Part shown: in pieces, positions 1 to 9,269 of the stretch
Layout: each line of letters opens with the position of its first letter
Position numbering within the stretch: position 1 is the first letter of the stretch
NCBI GenBank assembly: GCA_963744145.1
Contig: CAVUSO010000001.1
Coordinates: 7,072,001-7,136,000, forward strand
Direction: 5' to 3'
Source of the DNA: an uncultured cyanobacterium
Lineage (GTDB): Bacteria; Cyanobacteriota; Cyanobacteriia; Cyanobacteriales; CAWUOF01
DNA: 64,000 bases
Notes under the pieces: model-generated
Told to the model about the DNA's origin: nothing
Database searches by the model: none
The model's input: only the letters and a program-made list of their open reading frames with translations
Position numbers and translations under genes: made by a program

Positions 1-870
1 AACTAATCGCACAACCAGCAACTCCAGCTAACCCAGAACCTAAAGCAAAAGTCAGAGCATCTACTTGCTGAGTAGGGATTCCCAAACAAGCGCTCATACT
101 GCGATTTTGGGTCACAGCTCGAATCCGAAGTCCCCAAACAGAACGCTGTAAAAATAGGTAAATTCCTCCTAAACAAATTACTGTCAAGATAATGATAAAA
201 ACTCGCGCATAAGGTAACTGAAAATTACCTAAAGGCAATCCACCACGTAGCCATTCTGGTGCAGTCACATCCACATTTTGAGCGCCAAACCAAGGCTTAG
301 TCACATCTAGTTGATAAGTTTGTGCTACAACTGCACAAACAGCTCCAGAAACTCCCAAAGATAGGGACAATATTACGGCTAAAACCCAATTGCGAACTCG
401 CTCAAAATCAGGACGACGACGCAACAGCCACATCCCACCAAAAAATAGTAGACAAAATAGGGCTATTCCGATCACTAATACCCAACTGACACTCCGCACA
501 AACTGTTGTAAAATTAGGCTTACCCCCCAAGTGGCTAGGAGAGTTTCTAAAGGTGCCCATAAAGATATCGAATTACTCCTCGTTCTAAAATTAATCCCAT
601 GACTGCGGCAACTAAAAAAGCCAAGGGAAGCGCAAATAAAATATAAGCTTCAAAAGCAAATCCGCCCACACTTTTGAAGTAGTTTTGCACTACAAAAGTA
701 GTGTAAGCTCCCAGCATCATTAATTCGCCATGAGCCATATTAATTACGCCCATCAGCCCGAAAATAATTGCTAAACCTAAAGCGGCAATTAGCAATACAG
801 CACCAATGCTAATTCCGTTGAATATTCCATCTAAAATTTGTAGTACCAATACTTTACTCCTTTTGCCCAC
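1..870 (-). CDS. urtB: Urea ABC transporter permease UrtB; runs off the window start; frameshift at about 551-560
   Basis: N-part GLAIIFGLMGVINMAHGELMMLGAY...RYLYG continues in another frame as LETLLATWGVSLILQQFVRS...GLRIRAVTQNRSMSACLGI; lies directly downstream of urtA. Confidence 0.9.
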
Positions 871-964
871 TACCTTGCTCGCGATCGCGGGTCAGATGCT
901 CATAATCGCGGGCAAGATGCTCGCACTACAGATGCTTAGAATTGAGAGGGCAGTGTTAAAAATT

Positions 965-2306
965 CTAAGTTTGCTTAAACTTGCCGGGATCGGGTGCAGT
1001 CTTATTCGTCCAATCACAAGTGAAACCCTTGGTATCAGTAACAAACTGATTCCAAGGAACAGGTTTAACTGCTTCTGGAGTAGCAAAAACGATTTTAAAT
1101 AAACCGTCTTCTCTCACTTCACCCAATCGCACAAACTTCGCCAGGTGATGGTTATTTTCTAGGGTAACTTTACCCTCTGGAGCCTCAAAAGTTTGACCCA
1201 AAGCAGCGGCTCGTACTTTATCTAAATCATCTGCGGTCCCAGCTTTTTCTACCGCTTGTTTCCACAGGTAAACCATAATATAAGCTGCTTCCATCGGGTC
1301 ATTTGTAACTCGTTCTTTGCCGTATTTTGCCTTGAAAGCTTCAACAAACTTTTTATTAGCAGGACTATCAATTGTCATAAAATAATTCCAGGCTGCATAG
1401 TGGCCTTTCAGATATTCTACGCCAATTGCTTTAACTTCTTCCTCGGCGATACTAACAGACATTGATGGATACTTATCTGGTCCTAATCCTGCACCTTGCA
1501 ACTGTTTAAAGAAAGCTACGTTACTGTCACCATTCAGAGAATTAAAAATTACGCCACCTTCAGGTAAAGCTGCTTTAATTTTGGTGATGATCGGTGTAAC
1601 TTCAGTCCCTCCCAAGGGAATGTAATCTTCTCCAACCACTTCACCACCTTTAGCTGCTAATTGAGCTTTAATAATAGTATTAGCCGTCCGAGGGAAAACG
1701 TAGTCAGAACCGACTAAGAAAAACTTTTTGCCTTTATTTTCTAAGAGCCAATCAACCGCAGGTTCTATTTGTTGATTTGGGGCTGCACCCGTGTAAAAGA
1801 TGTTTTTAGAACATTCTTGACCTTCGTATTGTACGGGATACCAGAGCATATGATTTTTCTGCTCAAATACTGGCTTGACGGCTTTGCGACTAGCGGAAGT
1901 CCAGCAGCCAAAAACTGTGACAACTTTATCTTGATCAATTAATTTTTTGGCTTTCTCGGCAAAAGTAGAGTCAATCCGATGCACCGTCTTCGACGATCGC
2001 TTCAATTTGCTTACCCAGTACACCACCTGATTTATTTATTTCCTCAATGGCTAACTGTTCCGCATCCACAACGCTCTTTTCGCTAATTGCCATAGTGCTG
2101 CTCAAAGAGTGTAGAATCCCAACTTTAATAGTCTTTCCGCTGCTGGCTGCTGGCGAAGACGATGGAGCGGGAGATGCTGACGAGGTTGGAGAAGCACTAG
2201 GACTTACTGGTGGAGGTGCTGTTTTACAAGCTTTTAATAGTATACTGGTGGCTAAGGTCGCAGAACTGTATAAAAGAAATTGCCGCCGATCAAACCGCTT
2301 TGTCAT
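965..2306 (-). CDS. urtA: Urea ABC transporter substrate-binding protein UrtA, split by a frameshift at about 1967-1975
   Basis: ORF 1971-2306 has a Tat/lipoprotein-like signal (RRQFL...LLKAC) and [16 protein letters not shown]...EDGASD; ORF 965-2026 continues [33 protein letters not shown]. Confidence 0.92.
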
Positions 2307-2370
2307 GTCCTTTCTCTAAGTCCTAAATAGATGAGTTAGGTTATATTGCTGCCGATCACATTACGGTGTG

Positions 2371-2412
2371 ATATTAGGACCAGGTCTAGGATTTATTTGT
2401 GTATTTTAATAC
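2371..2412 (-). promoter_or_regulatory. NtcA-activated (class II) promoter of the urt operon
   Basis: Minus strand reads GTA-TTAAAATA-CAC (2412-2399; GTA-N8-TAC variant) followed exactly 22 nt later by -10 box TAATAT (2376-2371), upstream of urtA, a known NtcA target. Confidence 0.75.
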
Positions 2413-2428
2413 AAAAATCAAATTTGAA

Positions 2429-4053
2429 CAAAAATGTTGAGCGCAGTCCCCACCTAAAATCTTTGATTTAGGTGGGGTTAGCGAAACCAACTAAACAAAG
2501 CGAAGCAACATTTTTATATTATTTTTAGATCAATCAATTAGTGATCATCAACAAATCATAGTTTTTTATGTTAGAATAATATCAGTCAAGGTCGAGGCTA
2601 AATATCATGAGTAAACGCAAAGCTAAAAAGAAAGGAAATCCACAAACTATAGTTAGAACTGATGTTTGGGATCTAGTTGCAAATCCTGAACAAAAACATC
2701 AGATGGCTTTAACTGTGGCAGAATACCGTAAATTCCTTAAACATGCCAGTTTTGCTAATAAATGCTCAATGGTTAAACCTAGTTGACTTAAGTGCTAAGA
2801 ATCAGGTTAATGTGGTGGAGAAAATGATTCATCAAACCGCAGATAATCCTAATCCCAAGCATCAATACTTTCAGAATGTCATTGCTAAATACCCATCTTT
2901 TCGGAAATTTCCCAGCTATTTAAGACGTGCCGCTATAGCAGATGCTCTAGGCATTGTGTCTAGTTTTTATACTAGATACCGAGAATGGCAATCGGGAATT
3001 AGGAAACATAGAAAAGCAAAACCGCCAAGATTAACGGCAATGTGTAATGCCTATCCAGCCTTATACAAAGGTGGACAAATTCGCTATGGTGCTAAGTATG
3101 ACAGTGTTGACTTAAAAGTTTGGAATGGGAAAGATTGGGTATGGATTGAATCAATTCAGGTGAAAAAACATGGTTTAAATCGTCATTTGATAGAAGGCAA
3201 TGAATTAAAATCGCCCACGTTGGTAATTAATCAAAAGACTTGTCAACTTTCAATGCCAGTTCAGGTTAAGAAAGTTGCCAAACAGGAATCTGATTTTGTT
3301 TGCAGTGTTGATATGGGCATTAATAATGCTGCTACAGCATCTATTGTTGGTAAAGATGGTACTGTAAAAGCTAGGAAATTTATTAATCCTGCTAGAGACA
3401 TAGACCGTCGCAACCAACGTAGGATGATGATTACTAAGAAGTCTAAGCAGACTCGAAGTATTACAAAGTCAGATTTAGCAAAGGGGTTCTGTAAAGGACT
3501 TTACCGCAAATCTGCTAACATTAATTTAGAAATATCCCGTCAGGTAATGCGTGGTATTATTAAGTTTGCCCAAGCTAATGATGTCAAGGTTATTGTATTT
3601 GAGAACTTGGCGGGATGGAAAGCTAAAGCTGGTCGTAAAGGTTCCTTACAGAAACAAAAATTCCACCTTTGGTGTCATCGAAAAGTAGTAGAGTTGACTC
3701 AGCAAAGATGGGAAGAATTAGGTGGAAAAGTTGTATTTATTAACCCCAAATATACCAGTGCCTATGCTTTTGATAGTAGTGGCAAAGTAAAAAGAAGCCA
3801 AAATAATTATTCCCTTTGTCGCTTCACTACTGGGAAACAATATAACGCGGATCTTAACGCTAGCTACAATATTGGCGCTAGGTATTGGTATGCGTTAATT
3901 GTGGGTGATAAACATTTTTCCAGAGTGTTCATTGGCAAAAGTTCCAAGAACACACTGAGGACGCCAGTAACTCTGGAAACGTTGAGAAATCTAGAGGTTT
4001 CTTAGCGCAAGAATCCCCACCTAAAATCTTTGATTTAGGTGGGGTGCGTTCAA
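2429..4053 (+). mobile_element. IS200/IS605-family element, tnpB-only (IS1341-like, non-autonomous)
   Basis: Identical subterminal hairpins CCCCACCTAAAATCTTTGATTTAGGTGGGG at 2448-2477 and 4015-4044; right end GAAT-hairpin...TCAA as in IS608; TGAA ends 19 nt before the left hairpin; no tnpA inside. Confidence 0.85.
2607..4005 (+). CDS. tnpB: TnpB RNA-guided endonuclease; frameshift near 2740
   Basis: RuvC motifs SVDMGINN, VFENL, NADLNASYNIG; an N-terminus MSKRKAKKKGNPQTIVRTDVWDL starts at 2607 in another frame and joins ORF 2743-4005. Confidence 0.85.
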
Positions 4054-4194
4054 AGATTAGGGACTTGCCAAAAAAATCAAGTACCAGTCGCCTGGTCTGC
4101 ATGGTTGTTATGTCAATATTTACCAAGGATAAAGATTGCCCCTAATTAAACCCAGAGAGTTGAGAGACGTTCCGGTGGAACGTCTCTCTAAGTC

Positions 4195-5136
4195 TTACTT
4201 CGCTAACATTTCTACAGAGACCGAGGAAATTTCGGTGTTCAAATTAGCTCCTCGATCGCTATCGATCGGGTCAACATCTTTGGTCTCGGAAATTGATGGT
4301 GTGATCCACCAAAGAATTAAAGCCGGAACAACACCCAAAAATATACTCATTAAGGTAGGAATCCAGAAACTAGAATCTAAAGCGACAATGGTAATGATTG
4401 CTCCAAAGCCAAAGTTAACTAAATAAATTCCTACTGGTAATCCTAATTGTCCACGGGTCAATCGCAGATCGGTTTTTTGCCACAATAAGGTAGCTACACT
4501 CATAAACAAGATCGCTGTACCCATCCATCCTGTAATGTTTCGGTAGGGCATCCCAAAGAAAGATCCGGGCTGTTGAAATTCCCAAAAGGGAAAAGCTGTC
4601 TGACTCATGGCTGGATCAAGCACAAAGTCCCAAGCGGTTAGTAATATGGCCCCTAACGCGATCGCTGTAATTTGACGTGACCACCCAGGCATTTTGGTCG
4701 TTTCTAACCCAGTTCGAGCTAGTAAGTAAGAGACTAACCCCATATAAAACCAAGAGAGGGGAATCGTAAATGGGACCAATCCAGCAACTTTATAACCCAA
4801 TCCACTCAGATATTGGTATGCACCAAACGGAAACCCAGTGCTAGTTCCCAATAATTCACTCATCAAGGATAGCGTCACCGATGGGAGCAGAAACGATAGC
4901 CATAACCTTAGTCCCAAAACCCGATAAGCATAAATACTTACAGCGATCGCGCCTAAGATAATATAGACTACCCCACCACCAGCCATACTCCACTGGAATA
5001 TGTATTGTCCGATGGTTGATAAGTTAATAATAAATTCTGGATTAGGTAAGACGAACAGTAACCCAACCAACCCAAACACCATTGACAAAATATGAGCAAT
5101 GAGAGATAAGCGTTCGGCCATAACAACTTGTTTCAT
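4195..5136 (-). CDS. cruF: Carotenoid 1'-hydroxylase/hydratase CruF
   Basis: Membrane protein with SELLGTSTGFPFG.Y.YL.GLGYK.AGLVPFTIPLSWFY and LTAWDFVLDPAM motifs. Confidence 0.85.
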   Translation of the reverse strand: MKQVVMAERLSLIAHILSMVFGLVGLLFVLPNPEFIINLSTIGQYIFQWSMAGGGVVYIILGAIAVSIYAYRVLGLRLWLSFLLPSVTLSLMSELLGTSTGFPFGAYQYLSGLGYKVAGLVPFTIPLSWFYMGLVSYLLARTGLETTKMPGWSRQITAIALGAILLTAWDFVLDPAMSQTAFPFWEFQQPGSFFGMPYRNITGWMGTAILFMSVATLLWQKTDLRLTRGQLGLPVGIYLVNFGFGAIITIVALDSSFWIPTLMSIFLGVVPALILWWITPSISETKDVDPIDSDRGANLNTEISSVSVEMLAK

Positions 5137-5363
5137 GGAACTCCGTTAAAAAATATGAACCAGAGAATACACATACTTAAAAGTTTACAAATGTTTAAGA
5201 AAATTTAGTTAATTAATTTAGCATTTATTTAAATTTGTTACAAATTATGGTCTATTGAGGCGATGCGATGGTTAAATGTCCCACCTTCTGTGCTATTAAC
5301 CGGGTGATCTAGACGAGTTAAAATCAGCGCGAAATCGATTCCGGGAAATGAAAGTAAGCGATA

Positions 5364-6596
5364 ATGATTGAAAAATTTGTCTTTCCTCTACCCCCAACTC
5401 TGAATGAAATTATTGGCACAGCTCGCAGTAATATTTATGCGAGTGCCAAAGAAAAACGCAATTGGACTGCGACGATCGCGGTGGGATGTTTGGGTAAACA
5501 GCAATTTCCGGGTCAAGTGTGGATTGAATTTGTCTGGAAAATTAAGAATTTTCGTCGTGACCCGGATAATATTGCAGCTGCGGCTAAGTTTGTGATGGAT
5601 GGTTTGGTCGAAGGTGGGATTATTAAGGATGATAGTTTGAAGTTTATTATGTCTCCTGTGCTGCATTGGTATAAAAAAGGTAAGGATTTAGTAGAAATTA
5701 GAGTCGCTGATCATCCAATTTGGAATGGACAACCTTTAAATTTAGAAGCAATTCAAGCTCAAGACCAGGTTCCATTTGCAGCTATTTCTAATGAAAAATC
5801 GGTTGAGGTTGATTTACCTACCATTATTCCTGTTACGAAAATGTCTGAATCTGATCTATCTAGTTTAAATCCTGTTGCTGAGGTTCCAGAAATAGCTGAA
5901 TTATCAACAACTTCTGAAATCGAAATTGATGAATCGGAAATATCAGTTATTACTCCTGTTGTGGTGGAGATATTGGCGGAAAAACCACCAGTCAAACCTG
6001 TTCAGAAAATGATTGATATTGATGTAGATGTTTTAGAAAATGTTATTCTTGAAAAAGATGAGGAGAAAATACCATCAGTAAATCCGGTAACAGAAGTAAT
6101 TGATGTTGAGCCTAACTTGACTGATGTCGAAGTAGAAACAACTGAAGAGTTATCACCAGTAAACCCGGTGACAGAAGTCACTGATGTTGAGCTTAACTTG
6201 ACTAATATCGAAGCAGAAAAAACTGAAGAGTTAACCTCAGTTAGATCGGTGACAGAAGTAATTGATCTGATAGTATCAATTTTAACAGATCATGAAGAAA
6301 GCGGAGATGAAGCTAGTAAATCTTTACCTGCAATTGTCGAAGAACCTGAGTTAAATATATTTACATTATTTAGATTAAAAGAAATTGCTAATTCCATTAA
6401 TGAACAACATGAAAAATGTAAATCTTCACCACAAACAGGATTACTTCATGGTAGAAATGCTGGAGAATGGCTCTTAAAAGCCAAAAAATTAGTGAGCGAT
6501 GCAAATTGGTCTGATTGGTTGAAGAAAAATTGCCAGATGTCAGAAAAAATGGCAGAAACTTATATGGCGATCGCTAAAAATTGGTTAAGCTTCTAA
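5364..6596 (+). CDS. RusA-like Holliday-junction resolvase domain + acidic repeat linker + DUF3102-like C-terminal domain
   Basis: RRDPDNIAAAAKFVMDGLV..GIIKDD RusA-type motif; C-terminal AGEWLLKAKKLV....WSDWLKKNCQMSEKMAETYMAIA. Confidence 0.6.
   Translation: MIEKFVFPLPPTLNEIIGTARSNIYASAKEKRNWTATIAVGCLGKQQFPGQVWIEFVWKIKNFRRDPDNIAAAAKFVMDGLVEGGIIKDDSLKFIMSPVLHWYKKGKDLVEIRVADHPIWNGQPLNLEAIQAQDQVPFAAISNEKSVEVDLPTIIPVTKMSESDLSSLNPVAEVPEIAELSTTSEIEIDESEISVITPVVVEILAEKPPVKPVQKMIDIDVDVLENVILEKDEEKIPSVNPVTEVIDVEPNLTDVEVETTEELSPVNPVTEVTDVELNLTNIEAEKTEELTSVRSVTEVIDLIVSILTDHEESGDEASKSLPAIVEEPELNIFTLFRLKEIANSINEQHEKCKSSPQTGLLHGRNAGEWLLKAKKLVSDANWSDWLKKNCQMSEKMAETYMAIAKNWLSF
6078..6270 (+). repeat. 81-bp (27-aa) intragenic tandem repeat, about 2.4 copies
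   Basis: VNPVTEVIDVEPNLT.. units start at 6078, 6159 and 6240. Confidence 0.8.
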
Positions 6597-6609
6597 GCAA
6601 TTTGAATAG

Positions 6610-9252
6610 TTATAACCAATTTCCCACTAAGACATAAGGAGCCCAATAAATCGGATGTTCGTATTCAGGATTTTTCAATAAAGAGATTTGAGCGCGACGG
6701 AGTGCTTCTGCTTTGGTTACCTTAGCATCAGATAACTGTTTATAAAATTCAGCCATCAGAGGTACGGTTGCACCATCATCAATATACCAAAGACTGGCTA
6801 AGGTACTGCGAGCTCCTGCACGTAAAGCAACTCCTGCAAGTCCTAAAGCAGCTCGATTATCTCCAGCAGCAGTTTGACAAGCACTTAAAACTAGCAATTC
6901 AATTGCTTTGGCTTTATTACCCTCACTACTACGTAATAAGGTATTTAATTCAGTCACATTGATCCGGTGATCCCAGGTTAAAATAAAAGTATCTTCAGCA
7001 TTAGAGCTAAATTGTCCATGAGTTGCTAAATGAATGATCGGAAAAGGTGAAGAGCCGATTTCTTTTTGCAAAGCAGCACTGGTAAATTGCTGATTTAAAA
7101 ATAGTTCTGTCGGTAATTGCAACTTAATTTTTTCTAATTCCTTAGCCACATTTGGTAACGCAGGAAACCCTTGATTTGCTTTAGTTAAACCAGCAGTTAG
7201 GACTTTTAACTGTCCTCTTAATAAAGGTTTGGGATCAATCAATTGTAACCCAGAAGTAATCGCAATACTGTATTTTTCAATTAAATATTGCTTCCCATCG
7301 TAAAGCGCCCCCATGGGCACATTCCGAAAGAACCCATCAGGAACAAATGCTAAAGTTTTTACCCCACTGGTGGCTAATTGGGTTTCAATTGGACGGATTA
7401 ACCAATTATAGATTTTTTGGGAGGTTTTGAAAAAATCTCGACTAGAACGAGTTACTAACTGTTGACGAAAATTACTAAGAACATCTTCAACTTCTGCACG
7501 GGATAAATAAGTCTGGTAATGTCGCAAAGGTTGATTAGGAAGAGAGACAACTACTTCTAAGCGATCGCTTAAAATAATTGGATAAATAATTGCTGCACTT
7601 GAATCAATTTGGTCAATTTGCTCAGATTTAGCTACTAAACAAGCTTCGCGAAAAAAGTTATCTAATTCTGCTAGTTGGAGAGATTCGATGACTTGACGAG
7701 CTTTATTTAGATTAACTTGACTGGAATTAGAATTTTTCTGATTTTGCTTTTGATTACTAATTTCTGAATTTGCCAATAGCAATGCAACTAACTCCCGGTA
7801 AACAGGTTCTACTGTTTCTCGAAATGAAAATTGCAGGTCGGTATTAATCGATACCAAATCACTCCGAATCGACTTTAAGGTACTCACAGATTCTGTATAA
7901 GCTGCGATCGCAGCTTCATTTTTTCCTCTAGCTTTCAAAATCCGCCCCAGTTGCCATTGCCATCGATAAGCAATATCAGGAGCATTAATCGCTTGAGCGA
8001 TTACTAAAGCTTGTTGAGTAACTTCCTGTGCTTCTGCCCATTGCTGAGTATATTCGTATAATTTGCCTAGTTCTCCTAGTCCATAGGATTGCCCTCTTTG
8101 ATCTCCTAATGTTTGCGCTTCTTTAATTGCTTTAGCTAGTAGCTGACCGATTTCTGGATAGCTACTAATTCCAGAAATTTGATTTTGGTTGTTGTCTTTG
8201 TGGTAAATCCTAAATAGACTATCAGCAAAATTAATTCGGGCATAAATGCTATTATGTGATGTCGGTAAATCTGTTAATAATGGGGATATTTCTGATGAAA
8301 TATTTGCCGCTTCTTCCCATTGTTGATGCTCAATAAATATCTCGAAAATATTCAGCAATGCTTCCACTCTGGTACTAGATACCTGGGATGTGCTGGCACT
8401 TTCTTGATAAAATTTTAAAGCTGCTTGATCATCTTTTTGAAATTGAACTGTATTGCCTAAATCTAGCAAAACTTGGGCGATATTCTCTGGTGATTGTAAG
8501 CGTTTAGCTAGCTCTAAACTAGCTAGAAAAACAGCTCGAGAATCATTCAAATTCCCAACTACGCGCATCGAAGTACCTAGACTGCGTAAACCAGCTAATT
8601 TTAATAATGAATCCGGTTGTTGCTCTAGAATTGGGCGTAAAGCTTGCATATTCTTCAATGATCGTCGATATAATCCTAATTCTTGTAATGCTAAACTTTG
8701 GTTTATTTGACTGCGAATAATGCCATCATTATTACCAGCTTGCTCGTAAGCTTGTTGGGCTAATTGCCAAGTATCTAGTGCTGCTTGGGGTTTACCGATC
8801 GCTAGCTCTAGACTTCCTTTACTATTTAAAATTTGAGCAAAAATTTGACCCCGTTCTTGACCTTTTACTTTGTCGATCAGTTGTAAACTTTGAGTAATTG
8901 CGTCCGTAGCTTGACTCCATTGTCCCAATCCTTGCCAACCCATGGAAATATTGCTCAATACCATTGCTTGGTTGACTACATCTCCTTGGGTTTGATAAGT
9001 TTGAACTGCTGCTTGCCAAACTTTGATTGCTTCTGCATATGCTCCACTTTGGTATAAATCTCTACCTTTTTGGATTAAGGATTGAGGTTGATCGGTCGAA
9101 ATCGCGCTTTGATTTAAGGCTATATTATTAAGTGCTATTTTCCCTATATTTGGGAAATTAACCAAGGCGATCGCTTTGGCTTGGGTCAATATATTAACCC
9201 CCAAAACTAAAGAAATCAACCAGATTTTTGCGGCGATTGTTTTGGCTAACAT
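6610..9252 (-). CDS. TPR + CHAT (caspase-like protease) domain protein with signal peptide
   Basis: TPR-like helical repeats; IHLATHGQFSS and LLVLSACQTAAGD catalytic His/Cys motifs; C-terminus HPIYWAPYVLVGNWL. Confidence 0.9.
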   Translation of the reverse strand: MLAKTIAAKIWLISLVLGVNILTQAKAIALVNFPNIGKIALNNIALNQSAISTDQPQSLIQKGRDLYQSGAYAEAIKVWQAAVQTYQTQGDVVNQAMVLSNISMGWQGLGQWSQATDAITQSLQLIDKVKGQERGQIFAQILNSKGSLELAIGKPQAALDTWQLAQQAYEQAGNNDGIIRSQINQSLALQELGLYRRSLKNMQALRPILEQQPDSLLKLAGLRSLGTSMRVVGNLNDSRAVFLASLELAKRLQSPENIAQVLLDLGNTVQFQKDDQAALKFYQESASTSQVSSTRVEALLNIFEIFIEHQQWEEAANISSEISPLLTDLPTSHNSIYARINFADSLFRIYHKDNNQNQISGISSYPEIGQLLAKAIKEAQTLGDQRGQSYGLGELGKLYEYTQQWAEAQEVTQQALVIAQAINAPDIAYRWQWQLGRILKARGKNEAAIAAYTESVSTLKSIRSDLVSINTDLQFSFRETVEPVYRELVALLLANSEISNQKQNQKNSNSSQVNLNKARQVIESLQLAELDNFFREACLVAKSEQIDQIDSSAAIIYPIILSDRLEVVVSLPNQPLRHYQTYLSRAEVEDVLSNFRQQLVTRSSRDFFKTSQKIYNWLIRPIETQLATSGVKTLAFVPDGFFRNVPMGALYDGKQYLIEKYSIAITSGLQLIDPKPLLRGQLKVLTAGLTKANQGFPALPNVAKELEKIKLQLPTELFLNQQFTSAALQKEIGSSPFPIIHLATHGQFSSNAEDTFILTWDHRINVTELNTLLRSSEGNKAKAIELLVLSACQTAAGDNRAALGLAGVALRAGARSTLASLWYIDDGATVPLMAEFYKQLSDAKVTKAEALRRAQISLLKNPEYEHPIYWAPYVLVGNWL

Positions 9253-9269
9253 TGTTGTTCAAATCCTCT

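Noticed and set aside
2607..4005. Cas12f/type V CRISPR effector
   Set aside because: No array or cas genes nearby; flanked by IS200/IS605 end hairpins, so TnpB is the simpler call.
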